64,000 nt of DNA from an uncultured Nitrospiraceae bacterium (GTDB taxonomy: Bacteria > Nitrospirota > Thermodesulfovibrionia > Thermodesulfovibrionales > Dissulfurispiraceae). Of this stretch, positions 27,742 to 37,464 are shown in pieces. Position 1 is the stretch's first letter; each line of letters opens with the position of its first letter. The DNA lies in NCBI GenBank assembly GCA_947085205.1, contig CAMTVO010000001.1, positions 1 to 64,000 of the forward strand, given 5' to 3'. A program made the translations under genes and the position numbers. Under the pieces are notes generated by a model. The model ran no database searches. It saw nothing but the letters and a program-made list of their open reading frames with translations, and had not been told where the DNA came from.

Positions 27742-28821
27742 ATGGAAAAAGTAAGAGTCGAACTCGGCGAAAGAAGCTACTATGTTGCGATTGACAGCGG
27801 AATACTCGCAGACATCGGAGAGCGCCTTAAAGAATTCAATTTCAGCCCAAAGGTCGCTGTAATAAGCAATCCTACAGTTTTTAATCTTTACGGAGATGTA
27901 GTTATAAATTCGCTGAAAAACGCAGGATTTGAGCCTCTTCATGTCATTATTCCTGATGGCGAGGAGTATAAAAATTACGACCAGACCTACCAAATACTGA
28001 CCGAGCTCTTAAAAAATAAACTCGACAGGAAATCATCTCTTATCGCTCTCGGAGGCGGTGTAATCGGCGATATAACAGGTTTTGTCGCATCAATATACAT
28101 GCGGGGTATCGATTTCATTCAGGTTCCGACAACACTCCTTTCACAGGTTGACAGTTCAGTCGGCGGGAAAACAGGCGTGAATCATGAACTTGGGAAAAAC
28201 ATGATAGGCACATTCTATCAGCCGAGACTCGTATGGATAGATATAGATACGCTTAAGACTTTGCCGAAAAGAGAAATTTTGTGCGGCATTGCAGAGATAA
28301 TAAAATACGGCATAATCTGGGATGAGGAACTGTTTAATTTTATGGAAAACAAAAGGGATGATATTTTAAATCTAAATATGGATGCCCTGAAATTTATCAT
28401 AAGGCGTTCATGCGAGATAAAAGCAGAGGTCGTTTCAAAGGATGAAAGGGAATCCGGATTGAGGGCTGTTCTGAATTACGGGCATACCATCGGTCACGCC
28501 ATAGAGACAGAAACAGGATATTCAGAGTTCCTTCATGGCGAGGCTGTTGCAATAGGGATGCATCTTGAAGCAGTGCTTTCAGAACTGTTGGGATTGATAG
28601 ACAATACGCAGGTTATGAGAATTAAAAACATTATAGACTCTTACGTCCTGCCGTCGGAACTGCCTTTGGATTTGAATGCCGACAAGCTTGTTTCGCTTAT
28701 GAGACTGGATAAAAAAGTCGAGGCAGGGGAGATGAAGTTTATTCTTCCTGAAAAAATCGGGAAGGTAAAAATTCAGAAGGGCATTAATATCGAAGATATA
28801 AAGAAGGTAATGAGTCGGTGA
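27742..28821 (+). CDS. aroB: 3-dehydroquinate synthase
   Basis: ALGGGVIGD, VDSSVGGKTGVN, LNYGHTIGHAIE, HGEAVAIG. Confidence 0.97.
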   Translation: MEKVRVELGERSYYVAIDSGILADIGERLKEFNFSPKVAVISNPTVFNLYGDVVINSLKNAGFEPLHVIIPDGEEYKNYDQTYQILTELLKNKLDRKSSLIALGGGVIGDITGFVASIYMRGIDFIQVPTTLLSQVDSSVGGKTGVNHELGKNMIGTFYQPRLVWIDIDTLKTLPKREILCGIAEIIKYGIIWDEELFNFMENKRDDILNLNMDALKFIIRRSCEIKAEVVSKDERESGLRAVLNYGHTIGHAIETETGYSEFLHGEAVAIGMHLEAVLSELLGLIDNTQVMRIKNIIDSYVLPSELPLDLNADKLVSLMRLDKKVEAGEMKFILPEKIGKVKIQKGINIEDIKKVMSR

Positions 28822-29537
28822 AGAAAATCCTTGTCATAGACGATGAGACAGACATTGTCGAATTAATCTCTTATAACCTCAAGAAAGAAGGCTTTTCTGT
28901 AGATTTCGCCTATGACGGAGAAACTGCCATCAAAATGATAAAGGACAATAAATACGACCTTATTATCCTTGACCTTATGCTTCCCGGAATTCAGGGGCTT
29001 GAACTGTGCAGGATTATAAGGAGCGCTCCTGAAATATCCGGTTTGCCTATTATTATGCTGACTGCAAAGGGAGAAGAGGTTGATAAGGTGCTCGGACTCG
29101 AGATGGGAGCGGATGATTACATAACAAAACCATTCAGCATAAGAGAACTTGTTGCTCGGGCAAAGGCAATCCTGAGAAGGGCGGAGAAGCCGACAGCCCA
29201 TGAAGCGCCTGCATTAGAAGCTATCGCAGGGTCCGGTAATATATTAAAGATAAAGGAAATGTTTATTGACAAAGAGAAATACATAGTTGCGGTTGACAAG
29301 CGGCGGATAAAGCTGAGCGCAACAGAATTTAAACTTCTTTTGTATCTTGCAGAGAGGCCGAATAAAATTTACAGCAGGGACCACCTTTTAGATGCGGTGT
29401 GGGGAAATGATGTTTATGTAGAGCCGAGGACAGTTGATGTCCATATAAGAAGGCTCAGGACTAAGATAGAGACAGACCCCAATAATCCCAGATATATAAA
29501 GACAATGCGAGGCATCGGATATTTTGTCGAGGCATAA
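28818..29537 (+). CDS. phoB: OmpR/PhoB-family response regulator
   Basis: Receiver plus winged helix, RTVDVHIRRLR; paired with a PhoR-like kinase. Confidence 0.75.
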   Translation: MKKILVIDDETDIVELISYNLKKEGFSVDFAYDGETAIKMIKDNKYDLIILDLMLPGIQGLELCRIIRSAPEISGLPIIMLTAKGEEVDKVLGLEMGADDYITKPFSIRELVARAKAILRRAEKPTAHEAPALEAIAGSGNILKIKEMFIDKEKYIVAVDKRRIKLSATEFKLLLYLAERPNKIYSRDHLLDAVWGNDVYVEPRTVDVHIRRLRTKIETDPNNPRYIKTMRGIGYFVEA

Positions 29538-29613
29538 CTATAGCTGATAGCTTGTAGCTGATAGCTCGTAGTATTGATTCCCTCTGTGAGCTATGAGCTA
29601 TGAACCATGAGCT
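29538..29613. repeat. Inverted heptamer arrays (ATAGCTG.../CTATGAG...)
   Basis: Tandem 7-mers in opposite orientation; the right array contains the phoR start codon. Confidence 0.75.
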
Positions 29614-30862
29614 GTTTATCATAATAATTCTCTCCATAGCATTACTTTTCCTCGCCGTTCGTTTAATCCGCGTTTCTGCATTCATAAAAGATATAAGCGG
29701 ATTTTTAAAAGAGCTTTCATCAGGAAATTTAAATGCAAGACTCTTGCCGATGGGAAAGGGAGAACCGGTCGGTATTATACGGGACATCGTCTCTATAATG
29801 GATAAGACAAAGACAAGGCTCGATTTTGCAGAGGCCGAGATGCAGAGGATGGAGGCGATACTAAGGGGCATGTCCGATGGCGTGCTTATTACCGATGTTC
29901 GGGGAGTGATAATTTTAGCAAACCCGACATTTAGAAATCTTCTGTCTGTGAATGAAGATATAGAGGGAAAGCAGATTATGGAGGTTTTGAGGAATGCAGA
30001 ACTCATAGGTATTTTCAGGAAGGCTGTTGAATCAGGGAATATCATCTCGGAAGAGATGGGCATATCGAGGCCCCATAAAGATATGCATCTGATTGCGACT
30101 GCAGTGCCTGTATGTTCCGGAGATTACGTAACCGGCGCTGTGCTTACACTGCATGATATTACGAGGCTGAAACAGCTTGAAGAGATGAGAAAGGACTTTG
30201 TTGCGAATGTGTCACACGAGATAAAAACCCCAATAACTGCGATAAAAGGATTTGCAGAGACGCTTCTCGACGGCGCTATAGATGACAAGGACAATGCGGT
30301 AAGGTTTCTGGGAATGATAAAAAGCCACAGCGAAAGGCTTAATACGCTTGTGGATGACTTGCTGGCGCTGTCGAGGATAGAGCTTGGCGATGCGCCTATC
30401 AATAAAACAGAGGTCAATATCGAGCAGGTTATAGATACGGTCTTTATGACCCTGAAAGATAAGGCAGACAAAAGGGGTCTTTATCTAAAAAAGGCAATAC
30501 CGTCAGGCGCACAGATTATTTATGCGGATAAGGACAGGCTTATCCAGATAATACTGAATCTCGTTGATAACGGAATTAAGTTTACAGAAAAGGGAGGGGT
30601 TACTGTCGGAATTGACGAGGCCGGAGGAAGACTTACGCTGTATGTTCAGGACACCGGCGCCGGAATTCCGCAAAATCACCTATCAAGGCTCGGCGAGAGG
30701 TTTTACCGCGTTGACAGGGCAAGGTCGAGGGAGCTTGGAGGGACAGGCCTCGGGCTTGCGATTGTTAAACATCTGGTCAGCGCCCATAAGTGGAACATGT
30801 GCATAGAGAGCGAACAGGGGCGCGGCACGAAGGTCAATATAATAATCGACAGGTATCTGTAA
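29600..30862 (+). CDS. phoR: PhoR-like PAS sensor histidine kinase
   Basis: DFVANVSHEIKTP, ERFYRVDRARSRELGGTGLGLAIVKH. Confidence 0.8.
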   Translation: MNHELFIIIILSIALLFLAVRLIRVSAFIKDISGFLKELSSGNLNARLLPMGKGEPVGIIRDIVSIMDKTKTRLDFAEAEMQRMEAILRGMSDGVLITDVRGVIILANPTFRNLLSVNEDIEGKQIMEVLRNAELIGIFRKAVESGNIISEEMGISRPHKDMHLIATAVPVCSGDYVTGAVLTLHDITRLKQLEEMRKDFVANVSHEIKTPITAIKGFAETLLDGAIDDKDNAVRFLGMIKSHSERLNTLVDDLLALSRIELGDAPINKTEVNIEQVIDTVFMTLKDKADKRGLYLKKAIPSGAQIIYADKDRLIQIILNLVDNGIKFTEKGGVTVGIDEAGGRLTLYVQDTGAGIPQNHLSRLGERFYRVDRARSRELGGTGLGLAIVKHLVSAHKWNMCIESEQGRGTKVNIIIDRYL

Positions 30863-30914
30863 GCAGGTTCGACATCTTTCACAGAATTGCTCAAAAAATA
30901 TTTTATTTTTAAAG

Positions 30915-30930
30915 TATGACGCAAATCATA
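30915..30930. promoter_or_regulatory. Candidate CRP/FNR-family (HcpR-like) box
   Basis: TATGA-N6-TCATA palindrome upstream of hcp. Confidence 0.5.
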
Positions 30931-30996
30931 GACGTTTCATTTGACATCTATTAAAATTTAACTCAAATTACTTTTTGCAATGAAGAGGAGGTAGGT

Positions 30997-32637
30997 ATGG
31001 AGCAAAAGATGTTTTGTTATCAGTGCGAGCAAACAGCAAAAGGGGGCTGTAAGGTTATTGGAGTCTGCGGGAAATCTCCTGATGTGGCAGCGCTTCAGGA
31101 CATTCTTGTGCATACCCTGAAAGGTTTGTCTCTTTATGCGGTTGAGGGAAGGAAGGCAGGAGTGAATGACCGCGATGTCAATGTATTTACCGTTAAGGCC
31201 CTATTTTCAACACTTACCAATGTGGATTTTGATCCCGACAGGTTTGCAGCGCTTATCAATAGGTGCGTGGAACTCAGGGAGAAACTCAAAGGAAATATTA
31301 AGGGCAAGGGCGGAAGGGTTGATTTTCAGGAGGCGTGCGCTGCATTTAAACCGGAAGCAACTCTTGAAGGGCTGGTAAAACAGGGAGAGGCGGTAATGGA
31401 AAAGGTGTCTGCTCCAGGTATGGACCCAGATATACAATCCCTGCAGGATATACTTTTATTCGGACTCAGAGGCGTTGCAGCATATGCCGACCACGCACAG
31501 ATTTTAGGGCATGAAGACGATGCTATCTATGCTTTTATCCATGAGGCATTAGCGGCTATGACGAGAAAAGATTTGTCTCTCAATGATTGGCTTGGGCTTG
31601 TACTGAAATGCGGAGAGATAAATCTGAAGACAATGGAGCTGCTTGATGCGGCAAATACAGGCGCTTACGGCCATCCGGTTCCTATAAAAGTGCCTTCAGG
31701 TCATAAAAAAGGCAAGGCTATTCTTGTTTCCGGACATGACCTTAAGGATCTGGAAGACATACTCAAACAGAGCGAAGGCAAGGAAATTTATGTTTATACG
31801 CATGGAGAGATGCTGCCATGTCACGGCTATCCTGCGCTTAAAAAATATCCCCACTTCTACGGGCATTACGGAACAGCATGGCAGAACCAGCAGAAGGAAT
31901 TTGCCGAATTTCCCGGTGCAATAGTTATGACCACCAATTGTCTCCAGAAACCGAAAGATGCTTACAAGGACAACATCTTTACATGCGGCCTTGTCGGATG
32001 GCCTGACGTAAAGCATATATCCGGCGGAAACTTTAAGCCGGTAATAGACAGGGCGCTTGAACTGCCGGGATTTACAGAAGATTACGAAGGTAAATATGTA
32101 ATGACAGGCTTTGCCAGAAATGCGGTTCTGGGAGTTGCTGATAAGGTTATAGAAGCGGTAAAGAATAAAAACATACGCCACTTCTTTTTAGTCGGAGGCT
32201 GCGACGGGGCAACGCCCGGAAGGAGCTATTACACCGAATTTGTCGAGAAGGTTCCAAAGGATTGCATTGTGCTGACGCTTGCCTGCGGCAAGTTCAGATT
32301 TTTTGATAAAGACCTCGGCGACATCGGCGGCATTCCGAGACTCCTTGATATAGGGCAGTGCAACGACGCATACTCGGCTATTCAGATAGCAGTAGCGCTT
32401 TCCAAGGCATTTAATGTCGGCGTGAATGACCTGCCCCTTTCTCTGGTGCTTTCATGGTATGAGCAGAAGGCAGTGGCTATACTGCTGACGCTCTTATACC
32501 TCGGGATTAAGGGCATAAGGCTTGGCCCTTCGCTTCCTGCATTCATAACGCCTAATGTGCTGGATGTGCTGGTGAAAAACTTCAATATTAAGCCTATAAC
32601 AACGCCTGACGAAGACCTGAAGACCATTCTCGGCTGA
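30997..32637 (+). CDS. hcp: Hybrid cluster protein (hydroxylamine/NO reductase)
   Basis: MFCYQCEQT, VSGHDL, THGEMLP, GQCNDAYSA, SWYEQKA. Confidence 0.97.
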   Translation: MEQKMFCYQCEQTAKGGCKVIGVCGKSPDVAALQDILVHTLKGLSLYAVEGRKAGVNDRDVNVFTVKALFSTLTNVDFDPDRFAALINRCVELREKLKGNIKGKGGRVDFQEACAAFKPEATLEGLVKQGEAVMEKVSAPGMDPDIQSLQDILLFGLRGVAAYADHAQILGHEDDAIYAFIHEALAAMTRKDLSLNDWLGLVLKCGEINLKTMELLDAANTGAYGHPVPIKVPSGHKKGKAILVSGHDLKDLEDILKQSEGKEIYVYTHGEMLPCHGYPALKKYPHFYGHYGTAWQNQQKEFAEFPGAIVMTTNCLQKPKDAYKDNIFTCGLVGWPDVKHISGGNFKPVIDRALELPGFTEDYEGKYVMTGFARNAVLGVADKVIEAVKNKNIRHFFLVGGCDGATPGRSYYTEFVEKVPKDCIVLTLACGKFRFFDKDLGDIGGIPRLLDIGQCNDAYSAIQIAVALSKAFNVGVNDLPLSLVLSWYEQKAVAILLTLLYLGIKGIRLGPSLPAFITPNVLDVLVKNFNIKPITTPDEDLKTILG

Positions 32638-32642
32638 TACAT

Positions 32643-32684
32643 AGGGAGAGGTGTGCACAGTATACCTCTCCCTTATTATTTTTT
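32643..32684 (+). terminator. Intrinsic terminator after hcp
   Basis: AGGGAGAGGTGT-loop-ATACCTCTCCCT followed by a T-rich tail. Confidence 0.7.
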
Positions 32685-32718
32685 GCCCTTCCGCTTGTTT
32701 TTCAGTATAATTACATTT

Positions 32719-33762
32719 ATGGAAAGACAGCAGATTTACGACATTATAATAGACACCCTTCCTGTTGGTTTTTCGATAGTGGATAAAGACGGAATCATCA
32801 TTGACTTCAACAATACCGCAGAGAAAATAACAAGCTATACAAAAAAGGATGTAATCGGCAAGTCCCACCTTAAAATGCTCCACGGCACGGATGATAAAGA
32901 TGCATGCCCTTTATTCAAGCATGCACTCCAGAAGCATGAGCAATTGATTGCAACAGAGGCCACTATAATGAAGAAGAACGGCGACTTTATTGCAGTATCT
33001 GTTACGACATCTCCTCTTTTTGACAGCAATGGCAATTTTATCGGAGGCATAGAGCTTTTCAGGGATATTACTGAATTAAAACGGCTAGAGAGGGAACGGA
33101 AAAATATCCTCTCGATGTTTGCCCATGACATGAAAAATCCGGTTATTACTGCAGAGGGTTTTATATCGAGGCTGCTTTCTGGAAAGGCGGGACCTCTGTC
33201 TGAAACTCAAAAAAATTATCTTGAATTGGTAAAGGAAGAGCTGGATGGACTGCAGGGATTGATCACAGATTTTCTTGAGTTTTCAAGGTTTGAAGCAACA
33301 GAGTGCAAACCTGTACTGGGACCATTCAACATAGAAGCTTCCATGCGAAAACATATAGAGGCAGCAAAGGTAGAAGCAGAGAAAAAAAATATTACAATTA
33401 TTTTTGAGCCTCGCGAAGTAGGGGCGGTGACCAATGCCGATGCAATGTTAATCGGCAGGGTTATTACCAATCTGCTGGATAATGCAATAAAATACACAAA
33501 TCCCGGAGGAGTTGTGACAATAAGCCTGATTGATAGCAACAGCAATATAATTGTTCGGATCAAAGATACAGGTATAGGTATTCCTGAAAACCATCTTCCG
33601 TATATATTCGATGCCTTTTATAGAGGTAAAAGGGATATGAAAGGTTCAGGACTTGGCTTATCAATTGCAAAAACAATAGTAGAGGCACACGGCGGTAGAA
33701 TCTTGGTTGAAAGTACGCCGGGAAGGGGAAGCACCTTCAGTTTTACACTGCCTAAGAGATAG
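32719..33762 (+). CDS. Cytoplasmic PAS-domain histidine kinase
   Basis: PAS/PAC, AHDMKNP, NLLDNAIKY, GSGLGL. Confidence 0.9.
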   Translation: MERQQIYDIIIDTLPVGFSIVDKDGIIIDFNNTAEKITSYTKKDVIGKSHLKMLHGTDDKDACPLFKHALQKHEQLIATEATIMKKNGDFIAVSVTTSPLFDSNGNFIGGIELFRDITELKRLERERKNILSMFAHDMKNPVITAEGFISRLLSGKAGPLSETQKNYLELVKEELDGLQGLITDFLEFSRFEATECKPVLGPFNIEASMRKHIEAAKVEAEKKNITIIFEPREVGAVTNADAMLIGRVITNLLDNAIKYTNPGGVVTISLIDSNSNIIVRIKDTGIGIPENHLPYIFDAFYRGKRDMKGSGLGLSIAKTIVEAHGGRILVESTPGRGSTFSFTLPKR

Positions 33763-33836
33763 ACAAAGAGAGCTTGCATTAATCTACGAATAGCGATATG
33801 ATTTGTTAAAAATACTTATTATGAGGAGGGGACAAG

Positions 33837-34058
33837 ATGAATCTGCACGACGAAATAGCAAAGGTGGCACATGATCTCTATGAAAAGAGCGGAAGGATCG
33901 AGGGCAGGGACCTCGGCAACTGGCTTGAGGCAGAAAGGATTGTAATGGCAAGGCACAAAAGTGAGAAAAAAACATCCTCGAAAACAGGTGCTAAAAAGTC
34001 AGAGACAAAAAAGGCTGCAGTCCCTAAAGCAACCGGAAGAACAAAAAAGACAAAATAG
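33837..34058 (+). CDS. DUF2934-like small protein
   Basis: EIAKVAHDLYEKSGR..NWLEAERIV with Lys-rich tail. Confidence 0.75.
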   Translation: MNLHDEIAKVAHDLYEKSGRIEGRDLGNWLEAERIVMARHKSEKKTSSKTGAKKSETKKAAVPKATGRTKKTK

Positions 34059-35068
34059 TGAAAGAAGCGATGCTCTATGAAAAGATTGCCGATGGCAAAG
34101 TGAAGTGCCATCTGTGCAATCATTACTGCACTATTTCACCCGGCAAGCGGGGGATATGTGCGGTCAGGGAAAACAGGGACGGCACACTTTATATCCTCGT
34201 CTACGGCAAGGTCATAGCAAGGCATATAGACCCGATAGAAAAAAAGCCTTTATTCCATTTTTATCCGGGCTCGAGGTCCTATTCCATCGCTACAGTCGGC
34301 TGCAACTTCAGATGCCTGCACTGCCAGAACTATGAAATCTCCCAGTATCCAAAGGAATATCCTGACATCCCCGGAGAGGAAATGACACCGGAACAGGTTG
34401 TTAGAGATGCAGAACTCACAGGATGCAAGAGCATATCCTACACATACACAGAGCCCACCATATTCTTTGAGTTCGCATACGATTGTGCAAGGCTTGCACA
34501 CGAAAAAGGGATTAAAAATGTATTTGTGAGCAATGGATATACGAGTCCAGAGGCAACGAGGCTCATTGCACCATATCTTGATGGAAATAATATTGATTTA
34601 AAGGGAGATGATAATTTTTATAAGAAGATTGCAGGCGCAAAACTACAAGCTGTTCTGGACACAATTAAACTTATGAAAGAGCTCGGCGTCTGGGTTGAGG
34701 TAACCACGCTTATTATACCGACCTATAATGACTCGGAAGAGTTCTTAAAATGGACGGCCGAATTTATAAGGTCTGTTGACAATGCGGTGCCGTGGCATGT
34801 GACCCAGTTCTATCCTACTTATAAATTAACAGATCAGCCGAGGACACCCGTAAAGACCCTGAGGATGGCGAGGGATATAGGATTAAAGGCAGGCCTGAAA
34901 TATGTTTATGAAGGGAATGTTCCGGGTGAGGGCGGTGAGAACACATATTGTCCTTCGTGCGGGGAACTGCTTATAGAGAGATTCGGATTTTCTCTGACCA
35001 CTATTAAAATGAAAAATTCAAAATGTTCAAAATGCGGGGCGCAGATTGACGGTATCGGAATGCCTTGA
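34058..35068 (+). CDS. amrS: AmmeMemoRadiSam system radical SAM enzyme
   Basis: DPIEKKPLFHFYPG, GCNFRCLHCQN, YTYTEP. Confidence 0.88.
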   Translation: MKEAMLYEKIADGKVKCHLCNHYCTISPGKRGICAVRENRDGTLYILVYGKVIARHIDPIEKKPLFHFYPGSRSYSIATVGCNFRCLHCQNYEISQYPKEYPDIPGEEMTPEQVVRDAELTGCKSISYTYTEPTIFFEFAYDCARLAHEKGIKNVFVSNGYTSPEATRLIAPYLDGNNIDLKGDDNFYKKIAGAKLQAVLDTIKLMKELGVWVEVTTLIIPTYNDSEEFLKWTAEFIRSVDNAVPWHVTQFYPTYKLTDQPRTPVKTLRMARDIGLKAGLKYVYEGNVPGEGGENTYCPSCGELLIERFGFSLTTIKMKNSKCSKCGAQIDGIGMP

Positions 35069-35074
35069 TATAAT
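35046..35074 (+). promoter_or_regulatory. Sigma70 promoter of the pilus assembly operon
   Basis: TTGACG-17-TATAAT with extended TG, 6 nt before the ATG. Confidence 0.7.
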
Positions 35075-35080
35075 TAGGAA

Positions 35081-36472
35081 ATGGCAAGGCAGATAGCGAT
35101 TAGTTTTGAAGATGATATAGTCAGAGTAGTATATGCGTCTATAAAAGGGACAAAGTTAACAGTCAAAAAGACCCTTGTCCTAAAAGATGAAGAGCTTGAC
35201 GACTTTCTAAAAAAGGAAAAGACCCGCCATTTCAGAGTAGTATGCAATTTTAAATCATTCTATCAGGATATTCTGCTTCTGCCTCCTGTAAAGGAAAAGT
35301 TCTTGAGAAACATTGTCGAAGCGGAGATAAGAAAGAGGTCTCCGGAGATGAAGGAGTTTTCATTTTTTCATGTCTCTCTCGGCGAGAGGATGCACGAAGG
35401 AAGAAAAATGAACGAGACCTTTGTGTTTGCCGCAAACAATTATGACCTCTCCAATGTTATCGAGAGGTTCGGCAGATGCGGCAAGGTAGTGAAAGGCATA
35501 TATCCGGCAGCCTTTACTATATCGCGTCTGGTAAACTTATCTTACGGCATTGCCGCCGACCCTTTGCTCTGCGTTGCGGAGTCCGAGGCAGGGAAAATCC
35601 TCCTTCTGATGAAAGACGGCAAACTCTATTTCATAAGGGCTGCGCAGTCGTTTGAGAGCGGTATACACGACATAGATGTCCAGAACATCAACATGACCGT
35701 AAACTACTGCCGACAGACATTGAGATTAAATCCTTTGCAGGTAATATTATTGGGAACTGCGTGTTCTCATTATGAGACGACTATGGATTTGACGCTGCCG
35801 GCTGTCTGCATGGAACCGACTTCTGCTATTATTGCCTCAAGAGAGACTTTTATGGAATTTATTATTCCCCTGTCGGCTGTCGTAGACGTTAAAAAGTCTG
35901 AAGCAGGGAATCTTCTTCCGCAGAGTTACAGGAGTTTTTACAGGCAGAAGGAGATACTTACGTATTACACAGCGTTTTTTGTAATTTTTTTCATTATAGG
36001 GCTCGGCTATCTCAAGATAAAGCAGACAGAGATGGAAGACGTTAGAAAAAAGATTAATTCGCTCAGGTCCGAGATGCAGGCAATGGAGCCTGCAATTGCC
36101 GATTACGAGAATAAGAAAAAGGAGTTGGATAAGCGCATGCCTTTAATAAATTTTATTAATTCGATGAATTCTTCGCCGGACATGCAGATGGCTCTCGTTG
36201 CCCTGTCTTCTTTAAAAGAGGCGCGCGAGAAGGGAGTAAATATTGATGCAATCGATATGTCTCCGGAAGGGAATGCTGTCCGCATAAAGATTAAAGGCGG
36301 TATTACAGCTAAGAGTTTTACGGAAATGCAGCAGTTGTATCAGGGCATTACCGAGTCCATAAAAAAGACAGGCGGAATGCATCTCCTTTCAGATAAAATA
36401 GACTTAAGTGGTAAGGTCTTCCATATTGAGATAAAATATTCCGGGGTGGCTGATGCGGCAAGCCGACGTTGA
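35081..36472 (+). CDS. PilM/PilN-like (GspL/MshI-like) fused alignment-complex protein
   Basis: Cytoplasmic domain, one TM, coiled coil; first gene of the secretin/ATPase operon. Confidence 0.6.
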   Translation: MARQIAISFEDDIVRVVYASIKGTKLTVKKTLVLKDEELDDFLKKEKTRHFRVVCNFKSFYQDILLLPPVKEKFLRNIVEAEIRKRSPEMKEFSFFHVSLGERMHEGRKMNETFVFAANNYDLSNVIERFGRCGKVVKGIYPAAFTISRLVNLSYGIAADPLLCVAESEAGKILLLMKDGKLYFIRAAQSFESGIHDIDVQNINMTVNYCRQTLRLNPLQVILLGTACSHYETTMDLTLPAVCMEPTSAIIASRETFMEFIIPLSAVVDVKKSEAGNLLPQSYRSFYRQKEILTYYTAFFVIFFIIGLGYLKIKQTEMEDVRKKINSLRSEMQAMEPAIADYENKKKELDKRMPLINFINSMNSSPDMQMALVALSSLKEAREKGVNIDAIDMSPEGNAVRIKIKGGITAKSFTEMQQLYQGITESIKKTGGMHLLSDKIDLSGKVFHIEIKYSGVADAASRR

Positions 36473-37007
36473 TTCAGGATTGAAAAAACTGCTTTTTTTA
36501 TATGCTGTTTCAGGGGTATTGTTCTTGATTGCTCTTGGAGGCGTTATTGTCCTTAAAAAATACGGGGACTCCCTTTCGAATACCATGAACAGGCTGCAAA
36601 CAGCCAAACAGAATCTGATAAGGATAAAGGAAGCGCATAAGGATATTGCCGAAACAATAGCGGAAATGAAATCGATTGTTCCGGAAGACGCAGCAGTGAG
36701 GGGTCCCGAGGAGCGTATCTTTATAGGCATTGATGAATTAAAATCGCGCCTGAAAAATGCGGAGGTCTCGATAACAAATATCGAATACAAAGGAGACGAA
36801 GTCAGCCTGCCTGTCGGCATAAAGGCTTCAGCGGCAGGAAAAGATTACGCTGCATTTGTGAATGCCGTCGGGTATCTGCAGTCGATGAGCTTTCCGTTCT
36901 TTTCGATAGGCAGCATATCCATTTCGGCATCTCAGGATAAAACAGCGGTCTTATACGAAATAAAGGGAACATTGAAGACATTTAAAACAGCGGAAGGCGG
37001 GCGATGA
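36453..37007 (+). CDS. PilO/GspM-like protein
   Basis: N-terminal TM, coiled coil, operon position. Confidence 0.5.
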   Translation: MRQADVDSGLKKLLFLYAVSGVLFLIALGGVIVLKKYGDSLSNTMNRLQTAKQNLIRIKEAHKDIAETIAEMKSIVPEDAAVRGPEERIFIGIDELKSRLKNAEVSITNIEYKGDEVSLPVGIKASAAGKDYAAFVNAVGYLQSMSFPFFSIGSISISASQDKTAVLYEIKGTLKTFKTAEGGR

Positions 37008-37008
37008 G

Positions 37009-37464
37009 ATGGAGGGCGTGAATAATAAACAGATAATACTTCTAACGTTACCGTTTGTTGCGGTATCCCTTGCGGTATTCGCCTTGTCGTATGTCAAATT
37101 CAAGCCGGCGCTGCTTCCTATGGAGCAGAAGCTTTCCGGTCTTGCCTACGAAAAGGTCAAAATAATAAGGCGTCAGCCTCTTGTGGTTACTGCGGCGGAC
37201 AGTCCTATTGCCTTAGAGAAACAGGCTTCTTTGAGACGTGATTATCCGCAGGCGCCTCTTTCGACCGTAGCGCCTCCCGCGGCTGCGGAGGAGATGAAAG
37301 TGTCATTCATTCTTATAAATGGCGGGAGAAGGATGGCAATAATAAACGGAGTGGTTGTAAATGAAGGTGATACGGTCAATCAGAAAAAGGTTGCAAAAAT
37401 AGAAAAAAACAGGGTATTAATAAAAGATGAAAGGGGGGAAAGATGGATAAGGGTGGATTCGTAA
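37009..37464 (+). CDS. MshK/PilP-like protein
   Basis: AIINGVVVNEGDTV beta domain directly before the secretin. Confidence 0.55.
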   Translation: MEGVNNKQIILLTLPFVAVSLAVFALSYVKFKPALLPMEQKLSGLAYEKVKIIRRQPLVVTAADSPIALEKQASLRRDYPQAPLSTVAPPAAAEEMKVSFILINGGRRMAIINGVVVNEGDTVNQKKVAKIEKNRVLIKDERGERWIRVDS

